A stretch of 64,000 nucleotides of DNA from an uncultured Chloroflexia bacterium (GCA_963703345.1 OY969814.1:320001-384000), one strand, 5' to 3'; numbered from the stretch's first letter, positions 29,830 through 40,599 are shown. Translations and numbers: made by a program. The notes: a model not told the origin generated them from the sequence alone.

Positions 29830-30056
29830 GATCGCTCCTGCGCTATACGCTGTGCCCGAAGAGCCCCAAAAGCGTTGTCGGGACCGCGCCGCCCAAGATC
29901 CACGCGGCCTCAGTCCCCCCGGCGAAGCGGCGGGTATTCGTCCGTCAGGCCCACGAGGAAGGCTTTGACACGCGCTTGCCACCGCAGCCACCCGTCCACG
30001 AGCCCGTAACGCGTGCCGGCTTTGGACGCAGCTACGGGTTGCGGTGAAGGGTGTCG

Positions 30057-30986
30057 CTAGCCCTGGTCGAGGATAGCCTTTATCTCGGCGGCGTAAGTCG
30101 CGCTCTCCTCGTCGTCGGTGACCAGCTCGATGTCCAGCGGCGAGCTCACGCCCAGCCCCAGCTCAACGGCCCGGGCGATCTGCTCCTGCTGGAAGATGGG
30201 CCCCTGGCTCACCTCAGGGGTCGTGCCCCAGCGACGGAGCAGGGCCACACCGACGGCGTCCATCGCCACCCGGTCGGTCCCCGCCAGGAACACCTGTGTA
30301 TCGACTCTAGTACCCTCGGACGGCCCTCCGGTTGTAAAGGCCACCAAGCCGTCCATCACGATCAGCTTCGGCTCGTAGGTAGTGTTGATCTCAGCCACCA
30401 TAGAGCGCATGTGCGGGCCCTGCGCCCCCGGCCCGCCGTGGAGATCGCCCATGTAGTTGTGGGACCCGTCCGGCAACTGGAGCGCCACCAACCCCACCGC
30501 CAGCTTTAGAGACAGGGTAAAGTGGCCCAAGAAATGTGTCTTCAGATTGCAGGTCGAGACGACCGCATCGACCTCTGAGAGGAGGCGAGGTACGGAGAAC
30601 CCTTCCGGCCAGTGACTGCCCTCGAAGTCCACCTTCCGCCAACCGTCCATATCCAAATCATCAAAGTCGAGGGTCTCGAAGCCCATCTCCTTCGCCATGT
30701 CATGGATGCCAAATGCGGCCATGATCTGCTTGGCGGGCTGCCGGCCCTGACCACCGAATCCACTTCGCTCGCCTAGCGTGATCTGCGTTGCTCCCGAATC
30801 CTTGACAACCTCCATGACAGCGCGAAGCGTGTCCGGGTGGGTGGACGCCGGGGAAGGGTCTGCGGTGTTGAAGTTCGGCTTGACGAGCACGCGGGAGCCG
30901 CTAAGACCGTTGGGCTTCAGCAGATTGACAGCGCGGCGAACGCCGTCTCGGCGAGTCTTCGCTTTGATGAATGAAATCTTTGACAC
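30057..30986 (-). CDS. DUF362 domain protein
   Basis: VLVKPN, THP, GERS, LKTH..FTLSLK, MDG, GGP, DRVAMD. Confidence 0.85.
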   Translation of the reverse strand: MSKISFIKAKTRRDGVRRAVNLLKPNGLSGSRVLVKPNFNTADPSPASTHPDTLRAVMEVVKDSGATQITLGERSGFGGQGRQPAKQIMAAFGIHDMAKEMGFETLDFDDLDMDGWRKVDFEGSHWPEGFSVPRLLSEVDAVVSTCNLKTHFLGHFTLSLKLAVGLVALQLPDGSHNYMGDLHGGPGAQGPHMRSMVAEINTTYEPKLIVMDGLVAFTTGGPSEGTRVDTQVFLAGTDRVAMDAVGVALLRRWGTTPEVSQGPIFQQEQIARAVELGLGVSSPLDIELVTDDEESATYAAEIKAILDQG

Positions 30987-31019
30987 TTTTCGCCTCGCTT
31001 TCTGCGGTGGCAGTCGCCG

Positions 31020-32696
31020 CTATGGGTCGCGGAGGACGGCGCCGGTGCTGGCGCTGGTCACTAGCGAGGCGTAGCGGCGCAGCCAGCGACTCGGCAGGTC
31101 ACGCTTGGGCGCCTTCGCCTCCGTGAGGCGCCACGCTATCTCCGCGTCCGACAGGTTGACGTCCAGACGGTGGTTCGGGATGTCGATGCTTATCGCGTCG
31201 CCGTCGCGCAGGGCGGCGATGGGCCCGCCGGCCGCCGCTTCCGGCGAGACGTGGCCGATGCAGCAGCCGTGGCTGCCGCCGGAGAAACGACCGTCGGTTA
31301 TCAGCGCCACCTTGTCGCCGAGGCCGCGCCCGACGATGTTCGCGGTCGGGGCGAGCATCTCCTGCATGCCGGGGCCGCCCTTCGGACCCTCGTAGCGGAT
31401 GACGACGACGTCGCCGTCCTTCACGTCGCCGCGCAGGACTGCGGCCGCCGCGTCCTCCTGCGACTCGTAGACACGCGCCGGCCCTTCGAAAACGAGCATC
31501 GACGGCTCGACGGCGCCGGACTTGACGACCGCGCCCTCCGGCGCCAGGTTGCCGAAGAGCACCGCCAGACCGCCGCTCTCGCTGAAGGGGCGCTCCAGCG
31601 GGCGTATGACTTCATCGTCGCGGATGACGGCGCCGGCGACGTTCTCGCCGAGGGTCTTCAGGGTGACGGTGATGCGGTCGGGGTCGAGGAGGCCGGGCTT
31701 GCGGCTGATCTCGTTGAGAATCGCGCTCACGCCGCCGGCGCGGTCGACGTCCTCAACGTGGACGATGTTTGCCGGCGCGACCTTGCAGATGTAGGGGACG
31801 CGCGCGGCGAGCTCGTTGATGCGCTGGAGCGGATAGTCGACGCCGCCCTCGTGGGCCAGGGCGAGAGCGTGGAGGACGGTGTTCGTGGAGCCGCCCATCG
31901 CCATGTCGAGGGCGAAGGCGTTGTCGAGCGACTGCGGCGTGACGAGCCGGCTGGGCCTGAGATCGGCCTCCAGCAGCTTCATCACCTGGTAGGCCGACTG
32001 GCGGTAAAGCTCCTGGCGTTCGGCGCTGTCGGCGAGGATGGTGCCGTTGCCGGGCAGGGAGAAGCCGATGGCCTCCGTCAGGCAGTTCATGGAGTTGGCG
32101 GTGAACATGCCGGCGCAGGAGCCGCAGCCCGGGCAGCCGGCCATCTCCAGCTCGCGCAGCTCGCGCTCGTCGATGCGGCCGGCGCTGTAGGCGCCCACGC
32201 CCTCGAAAACGGTGATCAGGTCGATGGCGCGGCCGTCGGGGAGGGAGCCGGCACGCATGGGGCCGCCGCTGACGAAGATGGTCGGGACGTCGAGGCGCAT
32301 GGCGGCCATCAGCATGCCCGGGACGATCTTGTCGCAGTTGGGAATGCAGACCATGGCGTCGAAGCAGTGGGCGGCGACCATCGTCTCGACGCAGTCGGCG
32401 ATGAGCTCGCGACTCGGCAAGGAGTACTTCATGCCGAAATGGCCCATGACGATGCCGTCGTCGACGGCGATGGTGTTGAACTCGAAGGGGACGCCGCCGG
32501 CCGCGCGGACAGCCTCCTTGACGACGCGTCCGACCTCCTGAAGATGGACGTGACCGGGAACGATGTCGGTGTAGGAGTTGGCGATGGCGATGAACGGCCT
32601 GTCGAAGTCGGCCTCGGAGCGGATGACGCCGGTGCTGCGCAGGAGGGCGCGATGGGGCGCGCGCTCAAAGCCCTTCTTGATCTGGTCGGAACGCAT
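31020..32696 (-). CDS. ilvD: Dihydroxy-acid dehydratase
   Basis: [53 protein letters not shown]. Confidence 0.97.
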   Translation of the reverse strand: MRSDQIKKGFERAPHRALLRSTGVIRSEADFDRPFIAIANSYTDIVPGHVHLQEVGRVVKEAVRAAGGVPFEFNTIAVDDGIVMGHFGMKYSLPSRELIADCVETMVAAHCFDAMVCIPNCDKIVPGMLMAAMRLDVPTIFVSGGPMRAGSLPDGRAIDLITVFEGVGAYSAGRIDERELRELEMAGCPGCGSCAGMFTANSMNCLTEAIGFSLPGNGTILADSAERQELYRQSAYQVMKLLEADLRPSRLVTPQSLDNAFALDMAMGGSTNTVLHALALAHEGGVDYPLQRINELAARVPYICKVAPANIVHVEDVDRAGGVSAILNEISRKPGLLDPDRITVTLKTLGENVAGAVIRDDEVIRPLERPFSESGGLAVLFGNLAPEGAVVKSGAVEPSMLVFEGPARVYESQEDAAAAVLRGDVKDGDVVVIRYEGPKGGPGMQEMLAPTANIVGRGLGDKVALITDGRFSGGSHGCCIGHVSPEAAAGGPIAALRDGDAISIDIPNHRLDVNLSDAEIAWRLTEAKAPKRDLPSRWLRRYASLVTSASTGAVLRDP

Positions 32697-32936
32697 GGCA
32701 GGTGCCTTTCCAGCGGCAAGGGACGGCGAGAAGTCACGCCGTCGCGATGCGCAGAGAAGATGGTTCGAGTGGGATCGTACGGCATGGCGGGCGCGATGAC
32801 AAGCGAAGGTTCGCTGGGCGCCGCTTATAAGGGAGAACGCCTATGCGGCGCGGCGGTTGGCGGTCGATGAATCTATTGGGACAGCGCGGCCGTTTGTGGC
32901 CGGCTGGGCCTTCTCTCCTCCTGTGCTGGTGTATCA

Positions 32937-33566
32937 ATGTCAGATGGCTTGGGCTCATCAGTAACCGCGGTCGAGATTGTCACCAGGAGCTACGCGGTCA
33001 CGGGGCATTGCCACGGCCTCAGCGAGCGCATCCGCCTGATCGACCTGCTGAACGTGGCGAAGATGACGCATCTGCAGTTGACCAACGCAAAGGTGCGGGA
33101 GTTCGTCCGGTCGCGGGAGGTGGTCTCGACGGAAGGGCTGTTTCTGATCGACCGGGAGCGCGTGGTGTTCGGGCGGTCGCTGGAGTCGCCGGAGAACGAA
33201 GCGCGACGGCGGGAGACGCACCACGTCGATGTCGTCGAAAAGTCTAAGCACCGGATGCTGGTGTTCGCTTCGCCTTTCCGCATTGTGGGCAACCTGCACG
33301 TCATCAGGGACGCGGACTTCTCGGTGGCGCTGCCGCGGCTGTTCGAGGGGTTCCTGGCGATGACGGATGCCAGCGTTGTCCACGAAACTGTAGGCGGCGC
33401 AGCATGGGAGAGCCGCTTTATCGCCGTCAACGGCCGCTGCATCGAGATGGTCTGCCCTTCGCTGCCCGCGGACTGGAGCGACCAGCCGGCGAAAGCGGAA
33501 GAGGCGGGCGGAGAGCGCGAAACTGCTTCCTCCGACACGCCGCAGCCGGACAGCTCCGCAGCCTAG
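32937..33566 (+). CDS. Hypothetical protein with two tandem DUF6812-like domains
   Basis: Two similar halves (..VTGHCH..RLIDLLN..LQLTNAKV / ..IVGNLH..FLAMTDASV..IAVN). Confidence 0.6.
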   Translation: MSDGLGSSVTAVEIVTRSYAVTGHCHGLSERIRLIDLLNVAKMTHLQLTNAKVREFVRSREVVSTEGLFLIDRERVVFGRSLESPENEARRRETHHVDVVEKSKHRMLVFASPFRIVGNLHVIRDADFSVALPRLFEGFLAMTDASVVHETVGGAAWESRFIAVNGRCIEMVCPSLPADWSDQPAKAEEAGGERETASSDTPQPDSSAA

Positions 33567-33766
33567 AGCTTCATCACCAGCAGTTCGCGGCCCATTTCGC
33601 CGCCCGTAAGCCTTACGACGACGCTCACGACGCGAACTTTCATCGGTTTCGCGCCCTCGATGAATATCTCGTCCTGTCGCTCGAAGCGATAGTCGCTGTC
33701 GATTGTGGTGATTAGCTTGTCTTTGCGGCTGGTGAAGGGATCTACTTCGTATATCTCCGTCTTCAA
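33563..33766 (-). CDS. Small hypothetical protein
   Basis: GGAGG RBS before TTG; protein-like composition (MKTEIYEVDPFTSRKDKLITTIDSD). Confidence 0.65.
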   Translation of the reverse strand: MKTEIYEVDPFTSRKDKLITTIDSDYRFERQDEIFIEGAKPMKVRVVSVVVRLTGGEMGRELLVMKL

Positions 33767-33911
33767 GCTGTTCCTCCGCTGAACAAGGTCGGGGCATTCG
33801 TAGTATAAGGGCCGGCGCGGTTGAGGGCATCAGCGGCGGCGATCCGGCGCTCGATGAGCGGGGGCCGCGCTGCTGGAGCGTTTGTCCGCGATGGCGTGGT
33901 AGTATTTGCTT

Positions 33912-34589
33912 ATGGCACGGACGAAGCAGGCTGAACGAACGGCCCGCGAGGTCAGCGGACGCTACGTGCTGCGGCGGATGAGGCTGGCAGACATCGCCCA
34001 AGTGATGGACATCGAGCGCGAGTCGTTCCCGTCGATGTGGCCGCAGACGGCGTACAGTCGGGAGCTGAAGAACCCGCTGGCGCGCTACTTCGTGGTGGTA
34101 GAGGAGGGCTCCGACGAGGGCGAAGAGGAAGCGCATCCCGGTGGGCCGCTGCGGTGGCTGATCCGGCGACTGCTCCGGAGAGAGCGAGAGAAGCCGCCGA
34201 CACGCCGGCTGATAATCGGGCTGGTCGGCGTATGGCTGATGGTCGACCAGGCGCACGTGGTGACGATAGCGGTACGGGAGGCGTTTCGGCGGCAGGGCGT
34301 GGGCGCGCTCTTGCTGCTGGCGGCGATGGAGACGGCGTTCGCGGAAAAGATGGACGCGACGACGCTCGAGTACCGCAAGGCGAATGAGCCCGCCCGCGCC
34401 CTCTACGAGAAGTTCGGCTTCCTGAACGTCGGCGAGCGGCCCCGCTACTACAGCGACACGAACGAGGACGCAGTGATCATGACCTCACCTCCTATGAGCT
34501 CGAAGTCGTACCGCGAGAAGTACGAACGCTTGAGGCGCGAGTTCGAAGAGCGGTGGCGCGACGTGTACGTACTGCCGGAGTCGTTCTGA
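33912..34589 (+). CDS. rimI: Ribosomal protein alanine N-acetyltransferase, RimI-like
   Basis: IERESF..W, AHVVTIAV, RRQGVG, TLE.R..N..A..LY.KFGF, RYYSD..EDA.IM. Confidence 0.85.
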   Translation: MARTKQAERTAREVSGRYVLRRMRLADIAQVMDIERESFPSMWPQTAYSRELKNPLARYFVVVEEGSDEGEEEAHPGGPLRWLIRRLLRREREKPPTRRLIIGLVGVWLMVDQAHVVTIAVREAFRRQGVGALLLLAAMETAFAEKMDATTLEYRKANEPARALYEKFGFLNVGERPRYYSDTNEDAVIMTSPPMSSKSYREKYERLRREFEERWRDVYVLPESF

Positions 34590-34710
34590 AGGTTGACCTT
34601 GGCTGGGTAGAGTATCGGCGCGATGAGCGAAGCGAGTCGCGCAACGAGAGCGCGATCATCGCACTTCTCGTAGTCCCCACGAACGTTCCATGGCGTCTAG
34701 ACGTGCCTCG

Positions 34711-35376
34711 TCAGCCGTCGTCGCGCTCGTCGAGGCCCTTGCGCACCCACTCGTCGCGGTTCCGCACGTCGCGGTCGAATAGCAGGCGATTGAGCAGCAC
34801 CTCGCGACAGGGGACGCCTTCGACACCTACGCCCGGGCTCCCGAGCAGGCGTTTCGTGAACACGATGGCGACCATGCAGGCGCAGCCGGCGGCTATCGGG
34901 CCCGGGCCGTCGACGACGAGTGAGGCCAGCGGCGTGACGGCAATCGCCAGGCCGACGCCGAGAGGCACCTGGCGGACCAGCACGCCCAGCAGCGCGATGA
35001 CCGCGAAGACCGCGAGCGTCATCGGCGTTAGAAGGAGCAGAAAGCCAATAGATGCCGCGATGCCGCGCCCGCCGGCAAGCCGCAGGTAGACCGACCAGCA
35101 GGCGCCGACCAGGGCCGCGACGCCCGCGGCAACCTGCACACCGAGCGGCTGGTCGACAAGCTTCGCGAGACCGATGCCGGCCATGGCGAGGGCGATCTGC
35201 GATAGGCCCACGGGCACGACCACCCAGTGCGCGACCACCTGATAGACGTTGGAGGCGCCGACGTTGGCGCTGCCGTAACGACGGATGTCGATGCCCTTCA
35301 GCCTGCCGGCGATGTAGGCGACGGGGATGGCGCCGATGAGGTAGCTTGCCAGAACAATGAGAGCGGCGACGACCAT
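34711..35376 (-). CDS. plsY: Glycerol-3-phosphate acyltransferase, PlsY family
   Basis: YLIGAIP, DIRRYGSANVGASN, GGRGIA; hydrophobic, somewhat divergent. Confidence 0.75.
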   Translation of the reverse strand: MVVAALIVLASYLIGAIPVAYIAGRLKGIDIRRYGSANVGASNVYQVVAHWVVVPVGLSQIALAMAGIGLAKLVDQPLGVQVAAGVAALVGACWSVYLRLAGGRGIAASIGFLLLLTPMTLAVFAVIALLGVLVRQVPLGVGLAIAVTPLASLVVDGPGPIAAGCACMVAIVFTKRLLGSPGVGVEGVPCREVLLNRLLFDRDVRNRDEWVRKGLDERDDG

Positions 35377-35411
35377 GGCTCAGGGCCGGCCGGAGAGCGC
35401 GTGGACCTGCG

Positions 35412-36143
35412 TCATTCGCTCCTCTCCTGCGGAGGGCGAGATGTCTTAGACCGGAAGGCGGCGACAATCAGGCGCGCGGCCTCGTCGATGCTGAAGCGGG
35501 CGGTGTTGACGACGAGGTTGTAGAGATTTGGGTCCGCGGGGTCGACCTTGAAGTACTTGTGGTGATAGTCGATGCGGCCCTTGTCGCTCTCCTCTACGTA
35601 CTCTTTCGCCTTGACCGGAGGCACGCCGTCGCGCTCGGCGACGCGCCGGATGCGGACGGCGAGCGGCGCGGTGACGGCGACATGCAGGGCATCGGCGCAG
35701 TCGCAGAGAATCGCCTGGCTGCCGCGCCCGATGATGACAACGTTTCCTTTGGCCGCAAGCTCGGTCATGAGTGAAGTGATCGCCTCCTTGTATCGGCGAT
35801 CGTTCAACTCAGTCTCGCTCGGGCCGGGAAGGGCGGCTGCCTCGCGGTAGGTGGACGTCACAAGGCTTTCCAGCCCGCTCACGGCAGACATGGGATCGGC
35901 GGCGCCGGCGACGGCTGAATGTTCGAGGAAGTCCTGGAAGAAGGAGGCGATTCTCTCGCGCAGGTGCGGCGGGGGCATGCGGTCATCGCGACCGGCGATG
36001 GCCCTCTCAGGGACGCCAAGGGCGCGCGCGGCTTCGGTCAGGATCGCCCGGTCGACATAGTCGAATCCCAACTCCTGCGCCACGAGCTGTCCGATCTCTC
36101 TGGCGTAGCTGCCGAGGTTGCCGCTGATCGTGATGACGGCCAT
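35412..36143 (-). CDS. Cytidylate kinase-like family protein
   Basis: VITISG..GS, VIIGRG, ESD..R..Y, YNLVVNT. Confidence 0.85.
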   Translation of the reverse strand: MAVITISGNLGSYAREIGQLVAQELGFDYVDRAILTEAARALGVPERAIAGRDDRMPPPHLRERIASFFQDFLEHSAVAGAADPMSAVSGLESLVTSTYREAAALPGPSETELNDRRYKEAITSLMTELAAKGNVVIIGRGSQAILCDCADALHVAVTAPLAVRIRRVAERDGVPPVKAKEYVEESDKGRIDYHHKYFKVDPADPNLYNLVVNTARFSIDEAARLIVAAFRSKTSRPPQERSE

Positions 36144-36242
36144 GCTGCGACTCCGCCCGCTGTGAGCGCACCAAGATTACTATAGATTGGACGGGTGTCG
36201 CAAAGGGCGTATGATGCGGGCGCCAGACAAAGGAGGAGCGAG

Positions 36243-37040
36243 ATGCCGAACCTTCTCTACGAGAAGCGCAACCGCGTGGCGTACATAACGATAAACCGCC
36301 CCGAAGTGATGAACTGCGTCAACCCGCCGACCGCGTCGGAGCTGGTGGCGGCATGGCAGGACTTCCGCGACGATAACGACTCGTATGTCGCCGTCATCAC
36401 CGGCGCCGGCGACAATGCGTTCTGCGCCGGCTTCGACTTGGGGGCGGTGGGCTCGGGCAGTCTGCCGCGGGCGCCCCATGAGGTGCGACGCTTCATCTAT
36501 GACCATCCCGGCTTGATGGGCTACACGCGCAAGGCCGATATTTTCAAGCCGATCATCGCCGCAGTTAACGGCTACTGCTTCGCCGGCGGTCTGGAGATTG
36601 CCCTCTGCGCCGACATCCGGATCGCGGCGGAGAACGCGGAGTTCGGGGTGCTGAACCGTCGCTGGAACGTCGGCCTGGGCGACGGCGGCACACAGCGCCT
36701 GCCGCGAATCGTCGGCCTCGGGCGCGCGATGGAGCTGATCATCCTGGGGAAGCGGATCGACGCGCAGGAAGCGTACCGCATCGGGCTCGTGAACGAGGTG
36801 GTGCCGGCATCATCGCTGATGGAGCGCGTGACGGCCATGGCGGAGGCGATCTGCGCCTTCCCGCAGGGAGCGGTGCGAACCGACAAGGAAGCGGTCATGC
36901 GCGGCCTGGGGACGCCGCTGGAGGAGGGCCTCCGGATCGAAGGGTCGACGTTCGTGACGCTGCTGGGCCAGCACGATTTCTACGAGGGGCCGCGGTCGTT
37001 CGCGGAGAAGCGCAAGCCGTCGTTCAAGCAGGACGACTGA
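36243..37040 (+). CDS. Enoyl-CoA hydratase/isomerase family protein
   Basis: ITINRPE, AFCAG.DL, KPIIAAVNG, GGLE, DGGTQRLPR. Confidence 0.9.
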   Translation: MPNLLYEKRNRVAYITINRPEVMNCVNPPTASELVAAWQDFRDDNDSYVAVITGAGDNAFCAGFDLGAVGSGSLPRAPHEVRRFIYDHPGLMGYTRKADIFKPIIAAVNGYCFAGGLEIALCADIRIAAENAEFGVLNRRWNVGLGDGGTQRLPRIVGLGRAMELIILGKRIDAQEAYRIGLVNEVVPASSLMERVTAMAEAICAFPQGAVRTDKEAVMRGLGTPLEEGLRIEGSTFVTLLGQHDFYEGPRSFAEKRKPSFKQDD

Positions 37041-37060
37041 TTCTCTAGGGAGGTGTCAAT

Positions 37061-37483
37061 GTGCGGGTTGAATGGCTAATCCTCGCTGACTATACGGAGA
37101 TCATTGGGGGTAAGCTCTACCTGATGGGCGGCGGTTGGGACGTGCTGACCGTGAACACCGGCTTTCCGCTGACTCGACCCTTAGGGCTGGCCGCGGCCTT
37201 CTCCGTGCCCTGGAACGAGACGAACGAACGCCGGAGCGTGGAGATCGATATTCAGACGGAAGACGGGCAATCAGTGGGGAAGGTGAGCGGCCAGTTCGAG
37301 GTTGGCCGGCCGGCCGGCATCAAGTCCGGGCAGGACCAGCGACTACAGGTTGCGGCCACCGTGCCGCTGAACTTGCCCGCGCCCGGCACCTACGTAATCG
37401 TCGCTAGAGTCGAAGGGGAAGAGCAGGCACGCGTGCCGTTCAACGTCGTTGCCGGCCCCATGCTGCAGTCGAAACAGGCGTGA
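37061..37483 (+). CDS. DUF6941-like hypothetical protein
   Basis: LADY....GKLY.MGGGW, VPW.ETN, PGTY; GGAGG RBS. Confidence 0.7.
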   Translation: MRVEWLILADYTEIIGGKLYLMGGGWDVLTVNTGFPLTRPLGLAAAFSVPWNETNERRSVEIDIQTEDGQSVGKVSGQFEVGRPAGIKSGQDQRLQVAATVPLNLPAPGTYVIVARVEGEEQARVPFNVVAGPMLQSKQA

Positions 37484-37663
37484 GGCTGGCCTTTGCCCCG
37501 ACCCTGCGGTGACGGAGCGCTATTTCTGCTTCCACTCCTGCGAGAGCGACTCTTCAGCCGACACTCCTTCCGGCTGCTGCCCCTGTTCCCCATGTGAAAG
37601 AGCGCCGCGAATCTGCTATCATAGGTTGATCGGCCCGGAATCTGATTCGACTGACGCTTATTA

Positions 37664-38776
37664 ATGGCCACTAAACTCGACTACTACGACCTCCTCGGCG
37701 TCGCCCGCAACGCCAGCCAGGATGAGATAAAGCGCGCCTTCCGACGCCTCGCGATGAAATACCACCCCGACAAGAACCGCGAGGCCGGCGCCGAAGAGCA
37801 CTTCAAAGAGATCAACGAAGCGTACGAGGTGCTCTCCGACCCGGAACGCCGCGCCGTCTACGACCGCTTTGGACACGCCGGCGCCGAAAGCCCCTTCGCG
37901 CGCACTTTCGAAGGATTCGACATCGGCGGCTTCGGCGATATCTTCGACGCTTTCTTCGGCGGCGCCCGTTCGCGCCGTCGCCAGCCCCAACGGGGCGCTG
38001 ACCTCCGCTACCGCCTGACGCTCACCTTCGAAGAGGCGGTCTTCGGCACGGAGAAGGAGATCGAAATCAGCCGCGAAGAAGCCTGCTCCCGCTGCAACGG
38101 ACTGCGCGCCGAGCCCGGCAGCGAGCCGCGCAAATGCCCCGTCTGCAACGGCAGCGGCGAGATCAGGCGCGCGCAGCGCAGCATCTTCGGGCAGTTTATC
38201 AACGTCACCACCTGCGACCGCTGCGGCGGCGAGGGACGCGTCGTCGACAAGCCCTGTCACCAGTGCCACGGCAGCGGTCGGGAGAAGCGCGTCCACAAGC
38301 TGGAGGTGCGCATACCCGCGGGCGTCGAAGAGGGCACGCAGATCCGAATCATCGCCGAGGGCGAAATGGGCCTCTACGGCGGCGCACGCGGCAACCTCTA
38401 CGTCGTTCTCTCCGTCCATGAGCACCCGCTCTTCAAGCGCGAAGGCGACGACATCCTCCTCGACCTCGACGTGAGCTTTGCCCAGGCGGCCCTCGGCGAC
38501 GAGGTGACGATCCCGACTCTCGACGGCGACAAGCCCTTGAAGATTCCCGCCGGCACGCAGGCCGGACACCTGTTCGTTCTCAAGAAGCAAGGCGTGCCCC
38601 ACGTGCGCGGCGGCGGCCGTGGCGACATGATCGTGCGCGCTAACGTCGTCACGCCGAAGCACCTCAGCGATGAGCAGAAACGTCTCCTCAAGGAGCTCGA
38701 CGAGTCGTTGCGCGGCGGCGGCCACGGCGATGGCAAGGGCTTCATCGGCAAGGTGAAAGAGACCTTCGGCGGCTAG
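37664..38776 (+). CDS. dnaJ: Chaperone DnaJ
   Basis: HPD J-domain, four CxxCxGxG-type repeats, IPAGV, IPAGTQ. Confidence 0.97.
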   Translation: MATKLDYYDLLGVARNASQDEIKRAFRRLAMKYHPDKNREAGAEEHFKEINEAYEVLSDPERRAVYDRFGHAGAESPFARTFEGFDIGGFGDIFDAFFGGARSRRRQPQRGADLRYRLTLTFEEAVFGTEKEIEISREEACSRCNGLRAEPGSEPRKCPVCNGSGEIRRAQRSIFGQFINVTTCDRCGGEGRVVDKPCHQCHGSGREKRVHKLEVRIPAGVEEGTQIRIIAEGEMGLYGGARGNLYVVLSVHEHPLFKREGDDILLDLDVSFAQAALGDEVTIPTLDGDKPLKIPAGTQAGHLFVLKKQGVPHVRGGGRGDMIVRANVVTPKHLSDEQKRLLKELDESLRGGGHGDGKGFIGKVKETFGG

Positions 38777-38798
38777 CGCCCACACTCGAAGGACGCAC

Positions 38799-39662
38799 TT
38801 GGACTGGCTCGAATTTGCCGTTGTCGTCGCGCCCGACGACGAAGAAGCCGTAGGCGACGTCCTGCGCGCGCATGCCGGCGGCGTCGCCATCGAAGCGAGC
38901 GACGGGCTCGTCGCGCTCAAGGCCTATCTGCCGCGTGACCATCACCTGCCGGCCCGCAGCCGCGCCTTGCGCCGCGCCCTCTCGCGGGTCGATTTCGCGC
39001 GCCCGCTCGAGGACGTACGCACGCGCACCGTCCACGAGGAGGACTGGGCCAACGCCTGGAAGAAGCACTTTCGCCCCCAACACGTCGGCGAGTTCGTGAT
39101 CGCCCCGCGCTGGCGCCGCTATCGCCCAAAGCCCGGCGAGAAGGTCATCACCCTCGATCCGGGCATGGCATTCGGCACCGGCCAGCACCCAACAACGCGA
39201 ATGTGCCTCCTCGCGCTGGCGGAGCATCTGAAGCCCGGACAGCGCCTGCTGGACCTTGGCACCGGCTCCGGTATCCTGGGCATCGCCGGCGCGCTGCTCG
39301 GCGCCGAAGTCATCGCGCTCGATAGCGATCCGCTGGCAGTTGAAGTCGCCACGGAGAACATCGTCGCGAATCATGTGGACTCTCGTGTGACGGTTGCGGA
39401 GGGAAGTCTGGGCGACGGCTGGCCGGCGGTGCTCCCGCGCTCGCGATTCGACTGCGTCGTGGCGAACATCAGTAGCGCGACCACCATCGCCCTTGCCGGC
39501 GACCTCATCGGCGCGCTGAGCGATGGCGGCATGGGCATCGCTGGCGGCATCGGCTGCGAGCGGCTGGAACACTGCCGCCGTTCCCTTGAAGACGCCGGCG
39601 CCCGCATCGTCGCCAGCCGCAGCGAGGGCGACTGGCGGACGATTCTTTTCGAAAACGGCTGA
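38799..39662 (+). CDS. prmA: Ribosomal protein L11 methyltransferase
   Basis: EEDW..AWK, DPGMAFGTG.HPTT, DLGTGSG, VANI; follows dnaJ. Confidence 0.93.
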   Translation: MDWLEFAVVVAPDDEEAVGDVLRAHAGGVAIEASDGLVALKAYLPRDHHLPARSRALRRALSRVDFARPLEDVRTRTVHEEDWANAWKKHFRPQHVGEFVIAPRWRRYRPKPGEKVITLDPGMAFGTGQHPTTRMCLLALAEHLKPGQRLLDLGTGSGILGIAGALLGAEVIALDSDPLAVEVATENIVANHVDSRVTVAEGSLGDGWPAVLPRSRFDCVVANISSATTIALAGDLIGALSDGGMGIAGGIGCERLEHCRRSLEDAGARIVASRSEGDWRTILFENG

Positions 39663-39724
39663 TTGCTTTGCCGCCCGCGGCGGCGTTGCCCACAGCAATG
39701 GCTTGACGGACTCTAGGGTTAAGA

Positions 39725-39824
39725 CAGTTCTGAGGGTTGAAACCCTCAGCCTTCGCGAGAGCGGCGTTGAATGCAGGCGGCGGCCTGCCTGTCTCAGGAG
39801 GGGATTCATCCCGCAGAGCTGTAA
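39725..39824. repeat. Inverted pair of family A repeats
   Basis: CTGAGGGTT-GA-AACCCTCAG (39730-39749) and an opposite-strand variant GGGATTCATCCCGCAG (about 39801-39816). Confidence 0.7.
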
Positions 39825-39845
39825 CGTTTACTTCGAGGCAAGGTA

Positions 39846-40592
39846 GTGGACCGGTTCTTCGTCCCTCCGGGGCTGCTGCAGAGCGAACACGTCGAGCTGG
39901 GCGGCGAGCTGTCGCACCGGCTCCGGCACGTGCTCCGACTGCGCGCCGGCGACCGCGTCGTCCTCTTCGATGGCAGCGGCCTCGAATATGAGGTCGCGCT
40001 CGACGACACGGATGGACCGAGCATCGGCGCAACCGTCCTCAGCCGGCGCGAAGGGACGCCGGAGCCGAGAGTCCGCGTCGTCCTCTACCAGTCCGTCGTC
40101 AAGGGCGACCGCTTCGACTGGCTGCTGGAGAAGGGAACGGAGATCGGCGTGTCGCGATTCGTGCCGCTCCTGAGCCGTCGCGCCGTCGTGAGACCGTCCC
40201 CGGAACGTTCGGAGCGAACGGAGCGCTGGCAACGCATCATAACGGAGGCCGCGGAGCAATGCGGCCGCTCGCGCCTGCCGGAGCTTGCCCCAGTGATGCG
40301 ACTCGACGAGGCGCTGGCGACGGCGGAGGGCCTGCGATTGTTCCCCTGGGAGCGTGAAAAGAAGACGTCGCTGCGGCAAGCGCTGCGAGAGTCTTCGAGC
40401 GAAGACAAGCCGCCGGCGGTTGTCAGCATCTTCATCGGGCCGGAGGGCGGCTTCACCCAGGATGAGTCAGACGCTGCGGCCGCTGCGGGCGCCCGCAGCG
40501 TTTCGCTGGGGCCGCGCATCCTGCGCTCGGAGACGGCCGGAATCTTGGCCGTAGCAGCGGTCCTGTACGAGCTGGGCGAGCTGGGCGCTTGA
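39846..40592 (+). CDS. rsmE: 16S rRNA m3U1498 methyltransferase
   Basis: HVLRL, EKGTEIGV, EAAEQCGR, IGPEGGF, LGPRILRSETA. Confidence 0.95.
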   Translation: MDRFFVPPGLLQSEHVELGGELSHRLRHVLRLRAGDRVVLFDGSGLEYEVALDDTDGPSIGATVLSRREGTPEPRVRVVLYQSVVKGDRFDWLLEKGTEIGVSRFVPLLSRRAVVRPSPERSERTERWQRIITEAAEQCGRSRLPELAPVMRLDEALATAEGLRLFPWEREKKTSLRQALRESSSEDKPPAVVSIFIGPEGGFTQDESDAAAAAGARSVSLGPRILRSETAGILAVAAVLYELGELGA

Positions 40593-40599
40593 GGATGGC

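Noticed and set aside
32697-32830. Leader-peptide attenuator upstream of ilvD
   Set aside because: No Ile/Leu/Val-rich short ORF, T-box or terminator was found.
31170-32870. Long antisense or alternate-frame ORFs (also 15001-16449, 41393-42991, 12039-13421, 37661-38920)
   Set aside because: They are shadows of well-supported genes in high-GC DNA and show no family motifs.
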